A stretch of 64,000 nt of DNA from a virus (taxonomy: Duplodnaviria > Caudoviricetes): positions 64,001-128,000 of the IMG/VR virus record IMGVR_UViG_3300002835_000001. One strand, written 5' to 3'. The notes under the pieces are model-generated. The model was not told where the DNA came from, did not search any database, and saw only the letters and a program-made list of their open reading frames with translations. The position numbers were made by a program, and so were the translations under genes. Of the stretch, positions 17,228 to 27,421 are shown piece after piece (within the stretch, counting starts at the first letter, position 1; every line of letters starts with the position of its first letter).

Positions 17228-20200
17228 TATATTAAATTTCTTAAAATTGGTCCAGTGGCAATTGAGATTTTTTTAGATTTACTACGAAACTGTTCATGAA
17301 TTGTTTCTTTCACCAATGAATCTTTAGTTAACCATTTATATATGTTACCATTATTATTAAAGGTATCTTTAAATGACATGTCACCATGACTATTTTGTCT
17401 TTCCCATTTATATGTTTCTTCTATTTTTGGTGTCATTCCATAGTGTTTCATTTCGTGGCTAATGTTATATTGGTAATTACCCATATCATCAATTTCAAAT
17501 GAAATATTTGCAATATAATTAACAGATATACTACCCCATGATGTAATGTCTTTTTCTGGATCAAATGTTATATTAATTTTAAACCCTTTGAATATCCTAA
17601 ATAAACCATAGAATATTGGTAAAAATTCATTTGCAATGTTTGTACTTAAAAATGAGGTTGACATATCTTCAGTTATTAACTTGAAGTTAATGTTATCGTC
17701 TTGCGGTATATATTCATCAATATTGATGTTTGATGTCTCAAATGTAAAACATTCAGTAATATCTCCATGTCTTTGTGCATTTTCTACAACACTACCTGCG
17801 AAGTCCTTTAATATCTCTAACCAAATATGAAAACACTTAATTCTTACGAAACGATTTAATTGTGTATTTTTGTATCCATGTGTGTACCAATTACCAAATA
17901 CTTGATTGTCCCATATTCTTTCTTGCCAAGCTATTCCGTAAATGTCAAATCTTTCTTGTAAATCACTAAGTGCACTTGGTCCGCAACCCATACCCGGACT
18001 TAATTGATGGATATACTTTCTCACATTATAAATTAAAATATTACTATGATAATAATCGATATGTTCTTCTGTTGGGAATCCGATTAACCAATTAACGTGA
18101 GTCCAAATTTTTTGAGTCAAGTATGTGTCTTTTAGATTGCTTTCAATTTCCCAAATCTCAATTCTTTTTCTCATATCATTAAGAACCTTTTGACTACCTG
18201 ACTCAACCCCGTAACTTAATGCGGTACATCCCGAATCTGCAATCTTATTGATAAATTCTTTGGTCATTCTACCATCACATCTACTGTAACTATTCCAACC
18301 AATATCTAGTTTATTTTCAATAATTAAATCCACCAGTTTTTGAAAATTAGCAAGGTTACCATTTACCAAACTATCCACAAACCAAAATCTTCTAACACCA
18401 TATGTTTCAATTTGATACTTCATTTCCTCAACTACCCTTTTTGGTGTCATAGATCTAAATCTCCAAAAATAAGTTTCAGCACAAAAACTACATTGAGCAA
18501 CACATCCTCTTGATGTTTCAATACTAACACCATCTTTATGTAAATAAGATTCTAAATCGTAATCCGTAAAATCGGCATACGCTTTATCATCTAAATTTAA
18601 TCTACTATTTGAATCACCAATAAAAACACCTTCACTTGGTAATCTCTTTAAATGTGTTTCATCATTTAAAAAGTTTACAAAACTTTCTTCCGCTTCACCT
18701 TTAAAAAAGTAATTAACATACTTTGAAAATTGTGATGACAGTAACCACGCTTCGGTTGACACTGCTGGTCCGCCAACAACAATTGCAACATTGGGTAATT
18801 TCTCTTTTAATTTTTTTACCATTAATAGAGTTGCCTGACTGTTAGTGGTATACATACTGAACCCAATAACGGTTGGTTTATCTAATACAATTTTATCCAC
18901 CGCAGCATTTAAAAACGGTTCTATTTCTTTTAAAAGATACTTATTAAAAAACCAAGAATCTTCCCAATAGAAAAACTTCTCCGATCTCCAATAATCTTCT
19001 CCTGTCCTTTCAATTAAATTATGATATAATTGAACATTTAAATCATATACTTTACAGGCAAATCCTTCCTTTCGTAATGTACCAACAATCTTAGATAAAC
19101 CATATGGTGGGAAAATAACACCCCAACTTGGACATATCGCCATTACAACTCTCTCACGTCCCTCATTAAAATCTTTTAATGCTGTTGGTTCGTTAAAATT
19201 TTGATATTTTAATTGTCCATTAACACCTATATGTGCTGACGCATGATTCATCGGCATTTTAGTTGTTGATTGTACATCCCTTTCTAAAATATGTTTTAAA
19301 ATTAATTGGTCTCTATCCGCACCAATCGATTCAATTTGTTCTTTTAATTTAATTGACTCTTCATTAAAATATAATTTATCAATGAATGAACACGTTGGGT
19401 CAAATCCAACTAATACCGTGTTGTTAGGTAAGTTGTACATAAATTCATTATACTTTTCTTCAATTTTACTTAACCCTATAAATGAGTTGGTAAAATCGGT
19501 ACAATAAATGTTTGATATACTGATATAATTTTTTTGTCCATCGACTTTATCTAATAATGATTTAGGGTTTTGTATTAAATCAATATGTAATAATTCAACA
19601 TCTAACGTTCTAAATTTGTCTAAAAATTCATAAAATAGGTTTTCTCCCCCGAAGTAATCAAAAGTTCGATTTAAACTTAATAAAAAGTTATTTGTGAATT
19701 TTCCATCAATACCAAATACCTTTTGTCCCATTCCTAAAAAATGAAAAAAATTATTATCACTAAATTGGTTAATTAACAGTTTAATGTCTCGTATGTTACT
19801 TTTATAAATTAAATCAATCCACGCTAAACTCTTTTCATTAAAATCATATATGATTAATTTACCACCTTCTTTTAAATGATTACTCTTTAATGAATCTAAA
19901 AATTTAAACCCACCCGCAGGAACCGCAATTGTGTCAAACTTATTATTTTTATACCCATAGGTTAAATTCATATCTTCTGAATTTAATAACCATATTTGAT
20001 TTTTAATTGAATTTGGTATTTGTAATAGCTTAACTTGGTTTATGTTGAGGGTGGTATCAACTGTTTGTGTTTTTAAACATTCTAAGAATCTATCGCTGTT
20101 AGATTCGGGATAATAGTACGTTCTTTTATTTCTTATTGTTTCATTCCAATTGATGATATCAAATCCGTTCTTTAGTGATTCATTAATAAATTTCCACCCT

Positions 20201-20742
20201 TGCTTTTGGTGGTATTGTTTTTCGATTTGTCCCGTATTTTTAATCCATAGTGGTGTGTAGTCATCGTGAAAATTTTCAACACTTCTTTCTATTACAACTA
20301 AATCATCCTCCTCATATTCCCATCCACCATATTCGGGTTTACCTGCTTTTACCCAATTTTTAGTGTTAACTAACACAAATTGATGATGCAATTCATACCA
20401 AAGTTCTTTCCATTCTAATATATGACCCGCAGCCATATAATTTGGATTTTTAAGAATTTCATTTTTAATGTCAAATATTATTGAGCTATCAAAAATACGA
20501 ACTCCCGCCGCCATGAATAATATGTGGTCATATTTTTCATAATTCTCTTCTAATGCTTTATATATTGATTCACTTTCAAAAACGTCAATTGTTTTATTAG
20601 AAATTTCATTGATTCTATAGGAATAGAATTTAGTAAATTCAACCATTCTTTTAGATAACTCTTCGTTATGAAGTGTATCTGAAGGAAATATACAAATTGA
20701 AAGATTAATGTCGTTTATAAAACTATCGTGAATTATGTCCAT
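17227..20742 (-). CDS. Large fusion: unknown N-terminal region, B12-binding domain and radical SAM domain
   Basis: PPYGL, DLN, IGFSMY, VVGGP, GEAE (cobalamin-binding); IETSRGCVAQCSFC; GVESGSQKVLNDMRK. Confidence 0.85.
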   Translation of the reverse strand: MDIIHDSFINDINLSICIFPSDTLHNEELSKRMVEFTKFYSYRINEISNKTIDVFESESIYKALEENYEKYDHILFMAAGVRIFDSSIIFDIKNEILKNPNYMAAGHILEWKELWYELHHQFVLVNTKNWVKAGKPEYGGWEYEEDDLVVIERSVENFHDDYTPLWIKNTGQIEKQYHQKQGWKFINESLKNGFDIINWNETIRNKRTYYYPESNSDRFLECLKTQTVDTTLNINQVKLLQIPNSIKNQIWLLNSEDMNLTYGYKNNKFDTIAVPAGGFKFLDSLKSNHLKEGGKLIIYDFNEKSLAWIDLIYKSNIRDIKLLINQFSDNNFFHFLGMGQKVFGIDGKFTNNFLLSLNRTFDYFGGENLFYEFLDKFRTLDVELLHIDLIQNPKSLLDKVDGQKNYISISNIYCTDFTNSFIGLSKIEEKYNEFMYNLPNNTVLVGFDPTCSFIDKLYFNEESIKLKEQIESIGADRDQLILKHILERDVQSTTKMPMNHASAHIGVNGQLKYQNFNEPTALKDFNEGRERVVMAICPSWGVIFPPYGLSKIVGTLRKEGFACKVYDLNVQLYHNLIERTGEDYWRSEKFFYWEDSWFFNKYLLKEIEPFLNAAVDKIVLDKPTVIGFSMYTTNSQATLLMVKKLKEKLPNVAIVVGGPAVSTEAWLLSSQFSKYVNYFFKGEAEESFVNFLNDETHLKRLPSEGVFIGDSNSRLNLDDKAYADFTDYDLESYLHKDGVSIETSRGCVAQCSFCAETYFWRFRSMTPKRVVEEMKYQIETYGVRRFWFVDSLVNGNLANFQKLVDLIIENKLDIGWNSYSRCDGRMTKEFINKIADSGCTALSYGVESGSQKVLNDMRKRIEIWEIESNLKDTYLTQKIWTHVNWLIGFPTEEHIDYYHSNILIYNVRKYIHQLSPGMGCGPSALSDLQERFDIYGIAWQERIWDNQVFGNWYTHGYKNTQLNRFVRIKCFHIWLEILKDFAGSVVENAQRHGDITECFTFETSNINIDEYIPQDDNINFKLITEDMSTSFLSTNIANEFLPIFYGLFRIFKGFKINITFDPEKDITSWGSISVNYIANISFEIDDMGNYQYNISHEMKHYGMTPKIEETYKWERQNSHGDMSFKDTFNNNGNIYKWLTKDSLVKETIHEQFRSKSKKISIATGPILRNLI

Positions 20743-21415
20743 ATAATGTATTAGTGTAAGTTATTGAATCGTTTAATAATTTAGGATTAATCCATCCATG
20801 AACAATTACATGGTATCTATCTTCGTTAGAATTATTCCAAACCGCGTGTTCATTTCCTAAATCAAGGAATACACCTCTACCTTTTTTAAATGGGACTAAT
20901 CCATGGTCTTTAAATACGAACTGACAACCCTCAGGGTTGTTTATTGCTATATTAAGTGGTCCAAAAATTCTTCCTTTACCATCGGTGTGAGGCATAACAA
21001 ACCCGCCAGACTCTAACTTCATAATTCTAACTCTATCATATTGTTCATATCCTAATGATTTTATAAAGTTAGTTAATTTTGGGAGATATTCGCAAACATC
21101 GGTCCAATGATAATTCGCCTCTTCTTGCGTGTTGAATCCGTATCTGTCGAAGTGTTCTGTCTTAGTCGAATCGATTCCGTGTAACGTCACTGCGTTCCAT
21201 CCTTCGTGATTATATGATTTAAGTTTATCTTTATCCCTATGTTTGACAAAATATGTTTTTTCTAATAATTTAATTTCTTCTAACATCCCATCAAAATCAT
21301 TATCAAAATCAATCACAGAGTACGGCCAATTACAATTTGTATCAAATATATTTTCAGGTATACCATTAGATGTCCAACTATTAGTTAACGCGTCATCAAA
21401 AAAATTTTTTATCAT
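20723..21415 (-). CDS. Aspartyl/asparaginyl beta-hydroxylase-like 2OG-Fe(II) oxygenase
   Basis: RVRIMKLESGGFVMPHTD, HAVWNNSNEDRYHVIVHG. Confidence 0.8.
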   Translation of the reverse strand: MIKNFFDDALTNSWTSNGIPENIFDTNCNWPYSVIDFDNDFDGMLEEIKLLEKTYFVKHRDKDKLKSYNHEGWNAVTLHGIDSTKTEHFDRYGFNTQEEANYHWTDVCEYLPKLTNFIKSLGYEQYDRVRIMKLESGGFVMPHTDGKGRIFGPLNIAINNPEGCQFVFKDHGLVPFKKGRGVFLDLGNEHAVWNNSNEDRYHVIVHGWINPKLLNDSITYTNTLYGHNSR

Positions 21416-22386
21416 ATTAATTTCTTTTTTACCAACTCTGGGCTTCTTTTACTTATCATAACATCTGTTGCACAATGACAAATATGCCATGGACAGGTAA
21501 TAGGACCAGTTGGCCATTTTATTTCCTCTAATTTATTAATATTACCAAGATTAAAACCAACACAATTACCTCGTTTTATTTCACCATCGGCAAAAATAAA
21601 TAAAGATTCTAATCCAATGTCACATTGATACCCAAAGAAATTACTTAATCCTTCATTAATGTAGTCAACAGCATCTGCTTTTGTATCAACGGTACCGTCA
21701 GATAAAATAAAATGTGCACCAATTAATGCTGTTTTATTAACTGTTGGTATTAATGTTTTTGTGTTAACTCTATTGTCACCTTTAAACCATTCTAATTGTT
21801 CTTCAGTATAAACCAACGTATCTCTATCGAGTTGGTCCCAATCAAGTATTTTTACTGCCTCCATATTAAAATATTGCATCACATCACTTTCCTTAGTTGT
21901 ATTAAACATATTAACGGCAACCTCCCAATGTTTTGGATCCATCATAATCCTTAAAGAACAATAACAATTATCTACAGATGCTTTAATTTTTTCAAGAACT
22001 TTATTCTTATCACCATATTGTGGATGATAAGAAAATACTATATAATTAACATATTTTGATAGTTCTGAATAATATTCAACATTCCTTGTCCCATTTGATG
22101 TTAAACCAACTGTACTTCCCTTTTCATGTATCATTTTACACAAATCAAGTAAAAATGGTGACATTGTTGGTTCACCTCCAGCGATTGATACGTGTATTTT
22201 TGGATATCTTACAAATAATTCATCGAAGAACTTTTTAACCTCCTCCCAAGTGTAACCATGATTATGTCCACTATGTAAAGCATCGACACAATAAGCGCAT
22301 TTATTAGAACATATTGTATTAATTACCCACGTTACCTGTAAAACGTCAGGATGGTTATTAATTACTTCATTTATTTTTACTCTCAT
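21412..22386 (-). CDS. Radical SAM protein with C-terminal Cys cluster
   Basis: CSNKCAYC, GGEPT, TSNG; C-terminal CDIG...GNC...CPWHICHC. Confidence 0.85.
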   Translation of the reverse strand: MRVKINEVINNHPDVLQVTWVINTICSNKCAYCVDALHSGHNHGYTWEEVKKFFDELFVRYPKIHVSIAGGEPTMSPFLLDLCKMIHEKGSTVGLTSNGTRNVEYYSELSKYVNYIVFSYHPQYGDKNKVLEKIKASVDNCYCSLRIMMDPKHWEVAVNMFNTTKESDVMQYFNMEAVKILDWDQLDRDTLVYTEEQLEWFKGDNRVNTKTLIPTVNKTALIGAHFILSDGTVDTKADAVDYINEGLSNFFGYQCDIGLESLFIFADGEIKRGNCVGFNLGNINKLEEIKWPTGPITCPWHICHCATDVMISKRSPELVKKKLI

Positions 22387-23363
22387 TAATCAAAAATTTT
22401 AATACTTTCAATGCCGTTAACTTGTGAGAACACTTCTCTGTTCCATCTAGTCTTACAACTTTCATCTCCTATTGCCCACGCTACGGATGGTCCCGATGGT
22501 GTAAACCATTTAGAAACATCCGACTCAATTGACAACATAGAATCGTCAATAATTATTCTTCCCAATTTATATCTACCTAAAGATAATTTGTGCATGTTAT
22601 CAATCGGTACTTTTGATTGAACCTCTGGTGATAGAGATAAATACCAACCATAAAAACTCTCACGAATAGTATTGGTCATATCAGGACCAAAGTTCATCCA
22701 TGTTTCGGGAGCAAATCTAATTTGTGGTCTAACTTCATCACGTGCAATAACCTCCCAATCATTTTCAGGTGCTATTGATAGATAGTCTTTTCCTAATGTA
22801 TTATAACCACAATATAATCCACCCCATTCAAATCTATCTTCTAAAAATAACTTATCAATTTCAGTCACTGGTTCGTGTAAACCTGCAGGTAAGAAATCAT
22901 ATAAACAACTAAAATTTGGGAATTTGTGATGTAATCCATGTATGGCAGTTTCGATCATGTGAATAAATTCATTTAAAGATAAAAACTTATCGTGTAATTC
23001 ATATGACCACTTTTCTTTAGTTTGTAATTCTACGATTCTATCACCATACACTTCAAATTCTTCATGAAGATAGTTTAAAATAACACTATCTAATTGGTTG
23101 AAATCTGTGAACGTTGGTAGAACTTTATCATAGTGTTCATTAATAAAAACTAACACTCCGTTAATTTGTTCCATTAAATAACCAATGTTATTCATTTCAT
23201 TGTTGGTTATTCTGGCCTTAATTTCCATTTCTTTTTCTAAAGATTGTTTTGTCATAGATACCCATCTATCAACGACCGGATTTTGGTCATATAGATTATA
23301 CGCTACTGGTAATGTACCTCCGTCTTTTGTTGTAAATACAACTTTTAATACTGCCTTTGCCAT
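22386..23363 (-). CDS. Hypothetical protein within the radical SAM cluster
   Basis: 325-aa ORF, stop/start coupled to neighbours; LHEEFE...LNEFIH; no family recognised. Confidence 0.6.
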   Translation of the reverse strand: MAKAVLKVVFTTKDGGTLPVAYNLYDQNPVVDRWVSMTKQSLEKEMEIKARITNNEMNNIGYLMEQINGVLVFINEHYDKVLPTFTDFNQLDSVILNYLHEEFEVYGDRIVELQTKEKWSYELHDKFLSLNEFIHMIETAIHGLHHKFPNFSCLYDFLPAGLHEPVTEIDKLFLEDRFEWGGLYCGYNTLGKDYLSIAPENDWEVIARDEVRPQIRFAPETWMNFGPDMTNTIRESFYGWYLSLSPEVQSKVPIDNMHKLSLGRYKLGRIIIDDSMLSIESDVSKWFTPSGPSVAWAIGDESCKTRWNREVFSQVNGIESIKIFD

Positions 23364-23365
23364 AA

Positions 23366-24643
23366 TTAAAATAATTTAAATAATTCCTCGAAGGTTTTTT
23401 TATGATTTAGATTTCTATATAAATCTATTTTTATTAGGTATTCATCAAATTCCTTCATAAGTGATGAATTATCTTCTGAGTTCATTAAGTTAATCATTTC
23501 TGAAAAATTCCAAACATTTAGAATGTCTTTTTTTGATTCAACATAATCAGTTAACTTTTTAGTTATTACCTCTTTAACATGTTTGGGTAATATTTTTGTT
23601 GATAAGTAATTTGGTCCCCACAACACTCCTGTGTGGAATATGGTTTCGTGTTTTTTTCTTACAATTATCTTTTTATAATTTTGTGAATCCAACCAATCTG
23701 CAAACTCGGGTAGATAAAATATATTCAATGCTTGTACCGTATATAATATTTTAAAACTCATATTATCAGATGCATTATCGTCATACCTTCTTAAATTGTT
23801 TTCAATAACACTAAAGTTTGATGGATATCTAACATATTCTGTTACCTTATCAATACCGTCGATAGATAAAAATAACTCAACCTTTTTAAAATGTTTCCAT
23901 AACTCCATTAATTCCGGATCGTAGATGGTTGCATTTGTGTGATAGTTAACTTGTATGTTACCGGCATGTCCTCTCTTAACCATCTCTTTAATCATTTCTT
24001 TATGTTCCTTAATTAAAAGAGGTTCTCCACCTGCAAATATCATCAACCTCATATTACCACAACTCTCATAGAAATCCTCTAAAAATTCTTGTCTCTTATA
24101 CCACTCAAAATTATCAAGATTAATTGTTGATTTATGTTTCCAATCCCACTTAGCATTGGTTTCAAGTTCGTTAGATAACCTCTTAGCTTCATTCAACCAC
24201 TTAGAACTATCTTGTGGTCTACACATCACACATGCCAAATTACACGTGTTACCCAATCTAAAATCTAACGTATATAAATCATTATCAATAGTACCATCAT
24301 CGTGTGTGTTTCTTACAATTTCATCAACAAGTTCTTTAGTTAGTAAATCGTCCCATAGTCTATTCTCATTATTTCTGTGACTCTTAACTCCCACTTCTTC
24401 TTCTTTCCAACAAACATCACATCCTGTAAACTTTTTACCATTCAGTAAAGCCAATCTAGCTTCTTTAAAGTAATCACTATTCTTAGCATCGTTAATTGTG
24501 CTATGATTTAAATTAACTCCTGTGTTTGGTGATGATACACAACAAAGCAATGCCGTACCGTCAGTATATGTTGCGGTATGTACCCATGGTAAAACACAAA
24601 AAGTTTCACTATTATTTCTGTCCTTGTTTTGCATAATGTGCAT
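23366..24643 (-). CDS. Twitch/SPASM-domain radical SAM protein
   Basis: FCVLPW...LLCC...CDVC; LGNTCNLACVMC; GGEPL; SIDG. Confidence 0.88.
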   Translation of the reverse strand: MHIMQNKDRNNSETFCVLPWVHTATYTDGTALLCCVSSPNTGVNLNHSTINDAKNSDYFKEARLALLNGKKFTGCDVCWKEEEVGVKSHRNNENRLWDDLLTKELVDEIVRNTHDDGTIDNDLYTLDFRLGNTCNLACVMCRPQDSSKWLNEAKRLSNELETNAKWDWKHKSTINLDNFEWYKRQEFLEDFYESCGNMRLMIFAGGEPLLIKEHKEMIKEMVKRGHAGNIQVNYHTNATIYDPELMELWKHFKKVELFLSIDGIDKVTEYVRYPSNFSVIENNLRRYDDNASDNMSFKILYTVQALNIFYLPEFADWLDSQNYKKIIVRKKHETIFHTGVLWGPNYLSTKILPKHVKEVITKKLTDYVESKKDILNVWNFSEMINLMNSEDNSSLMKEFDEYLIKIDLYRNLNHKKTFEELFKLF

Positions 24644-25937
24644 TTAAATGTTCATTTAATTCAACACAAACATCTTCAAATGTTTGTTTTCTATTCTTAT
24701 CTAATATTTTAGTATATGATAAGAAATTTTCTAAGTATAAATCGGAACCAGGTATTCTATCTTCTTTTAATAAATTGACAATCGCATATGTACTATTTTT
24801 GGTCATGTCATGTGATTCCACTTTATGTTTATTATTTTTTATATACGTTTCAAGTTTTAATCTTGCCGCATCTTTTATTTCCTGTGGTAAAATTTTAATA
24901 TCCAAATATTTTGGGTGTGTGTCAATTAGGAAATCAATAAAAATATTTCTACCAAATCTAACATTCACATCTGCAACATAATCAATAAGTTTATCTATAT
25001 CGAATATGTTGTATAATTGGACAACAGGTGATGCACCTAAATGTATATTTTTCATCGAAGCTAACTTCTCAAAATTAGTACTAATTTTCTCCCAATGTGA
25101 TGGATATCTAATGTAATTATTCATTTCACCGAATCCATCTAAACTTGCGTTTATATCGACTCTATCAAATTTAGACAATACATTAGTAAATTTTTCAGTT
25201 ACGTTTGAACAGTTAGTGTTGAAGAACATTACAATATCTTTTCTACCTTCTTCAATACACTTCTCCATGAAATAATAGTTATTCTCAATAAGTGTTGGTT
25301 CTCCGCCTGTCATGTACACTTTCTTAAGTGTGGGTATCATAGATTCAACCTGACTCCATAATAAATCACTCTCAAACCACGTATCTTGATTCTTTAAGTG
25401 AACCGGACTACCTCCATATTCTGATTTATAAACCCTTTGATATTCTTCGTCTTTGTCCCATAATTCAAAGTGTTCTTTGGCTATTGAACTAGAACTATAT
25501 GGGTTACACATTCTACATCTAAAATTACAAAGGTTACCCAATCTAAGGTCTAAATAAACGGGACTTGATTCAATTACACCATCATTTTCCATTGCTTCCT
25601 TAACCAAGGCGTCCATCTTATCTGCACCGATTCTCCAAATCCATTCTTTGGTCATCATATCTCTATAACCCTCCCTACCTATCTTATTTTGAAGGTCACA
25701 TTTCATACAGGCATCAACTTGTTCACCTGCAATCATTTTTCTTCGTACTTCTCTTACAGTATCTGAATTCCAAGCGTCTAAAAGGGTTGATGTTGAGGCG
25801 TGAAGTGTTTTTCCATCGGTCTGTAAGTCGGTATTGTTTGCACCTCCTTCGGCTATACAACAATACTTAAACTTACCGTCACTATTAACCATCGTACTAA
25901 CAAATGGTACAGCACAAAATGTTTTTGATTTTTCCAT
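24612..25937 (-). CDS. Twitch/SPASM-domain radical SAM protein
   Basis: FCAVPF...YCC...CMKC; LGNLCNFRCRMC; TGGEPT; ASLDG. Confidence 0.88.
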   Translation of the reverse strand: MEKSKTFCAVPFVSTMVNSDGKFKYCCIAEGGANNTDLQTDGKTLHASTSTLLDAWNSDTVREVRRKMIAGEQVDACMKCDLQNKIGREGYRDMMTKEWIWRIGADKMDALVKEAMENDGVIESSPVYLDLRLGNLCNFRCRMCNPYSSSSIAKEHFELWDKDEEYQRVYKSEYGGSPVHLKNQDTWFESDLLWSQVESMIPTLKKVYMTGGEPTLIENNYYFMEKCIEEGRKDIVMFFNTNCSNVTEKFTNVLSKFDRVDINASLDGFGEMNNYIRYPSHWEKISTNFEKLASMKNIHLGASPVVQLYNIFDIDKLIDYVADVNVRFGRNIFIDFLIDTHPKYLDIKILPQEIKDAARLKLETYIKNNKHKVESHDMTKNSTYAIVNLLKEDRIPGSDLYLENFLSYTKILDKNRKQTFEDVCVELNEHLNAHYAKQGQK

Positions 25938-26023
25938 ATATTCTATATTAATATATACATTTTAATTGAATTTATCAAGGAGTTAATTATATGATTTTTC
26001 TCACATAATTGGTCTGAAAACGG

Positions 26024-27421
26024 TTACTTTATGTTTTTTATGAATGTGATTAATTCTGGAAAATAATCCAAACAATTAATATTTCTTCTAATTTCATATT
26101 GTATTATAAATTCTTTGAAATTTATACGTTCTTTTGTTAAATCAACAATTGGTTCGTTGATAAAATATTCTTTTAATCTAGTTATTTTTTCAATCTCTTT
26201 AAATGAAAACCCCACATCGTCTATTGAGTGTGGTTGACTAAAATTTAAACTTATTTCACATGAATTATCTTTCATGTATTTTTCAAATTGTTCAAAATAA
26301 TCATGGTTTATGTAACCCGATAATAATTTAAAACTTAAAAACGATGGGTATCTTAAATAAGATGTATCCAAAATTATTGCAGAATTCCAATATCTATTGG
26401 GGTTGAAATGTTTTAATTTCAATTCATGTACTTTCTTAATCAGTTGGTTATATGAAAATATACTAAAGATATTAAATGTGGACATTACTACAACGGTAAC
26501 CTTATCCAATTTATGGAGAATTTTTTCTATGTTTGAAATTAAATTGTTAAAGTTCAAACCGTGTCTAATATATTCCGCTTGTTCACCATATGTGTCACAT
26601 GATGTGTAAATTATACACTCCTTTACTCTACCTTCATCTATTATTTTACCAACTTTTTCTATTAACTTATCTATTAGTTCGTCTTCAACACCTAAGTTAC
26701 TATTAATAGATAATTTAAGTTCTTTGTTTGGGGTTTCTTGTTCTAAAATAAAATCTATTACGTTCCAAAAATCTTTAGATAATAATGGTTCTCCTCCTGT
26801 CATTCTAAATGTGTCTAAATTACTATAAAGTTTTGGCCACCACTCCCAAAATGCATTAACGTATGGATTATTTTCTGAATGTTTATATGGTTTTGTTTTA
26901 TTTTTTTCAATTTCATCTAAACCATTAAACTCCATAGATGGTAATTTGTATCCACCATATTTGTTAATTTCTTCCATCCATTTAGATGAATATAAAGGAC
27001 CACAATAAGCACATTTAAAATTACATACGTTTGAAAAACTTACCTCTACGTATTTTGGTATATAATCTTCTCTCCAATGTAATTTACTAATATCTTCAAA
27101 GTGAGGTTCAGACCACGGTTCCGCCGATTTAAATATCCTATCTGAAAATGATGTTGAGTTGTCTTCGATATTCCAACAATATTGACATTCGGACGGGCGT
27201 TTACCCTCCAACATTTCTTTTCTAGCTTGTTTTTTTACCTTACTATTATGTAATGCTGTTGGGTTTCGTTCTAACTCCTCTAAACTTATTTTATGTGGTG
27301 CTGGATGGTGACAAGAATGTGTCATTCCGTTGTGCAAGTGCATAGTGACCTGAGTCCATTTCGCTAAACAGAATCCACAACCAATTTTATCCAACTTTAT
27401 TTTAGTTTCGTTAAAATTCAT
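26024..27421 (-). CDS. Twitch/SPASM-domain radical SAM protein
   Basis: FCLAKW...HSCHHP...CQYCW; FSNVCNFKCAYC; TGGEPL. Confidence 0.88.
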   Translation of the reverse strand: MNFNETKIKLDKIGCGFCLAKWTQVTMHLHNGMTHSCHHPAPHKISLEELERNPTALHNSKVKKQARKEMLEGKRPSECQYCWNIEDNSTSFSDRIFKSAEPWSEPHFEDISKLHWREDYIPKYVEVSFSNVCNFKCAYCGPLYSSKWMEEINKYGGYKLPSMEFNGLDEIEKNKTKPYKHSENNPYVNAFWEWWPKLYSNLDTFRMTGGEPLLSKDFWNVIDFILEQETPNKELKLSINSNLGVEDELIDKLIEKVGKIIDEGRVKECIIYTSCDTYGEQAEYIRHGLNFNNLISNIEKILHKLDKVTVVVMSTFNIFSIFSYNQLIKKVHELKLKHFNPNRYWNSAIILDTSYLRYPSFLSFKLLSGYINHDYFEQFEKYMKDNSCEISLNFSQPHSIDDVGFSFKEIEKITRLKEYFINEPIVDLTKERINFKEFIIQYEIRRNINCLDYFPELITFIKNIK

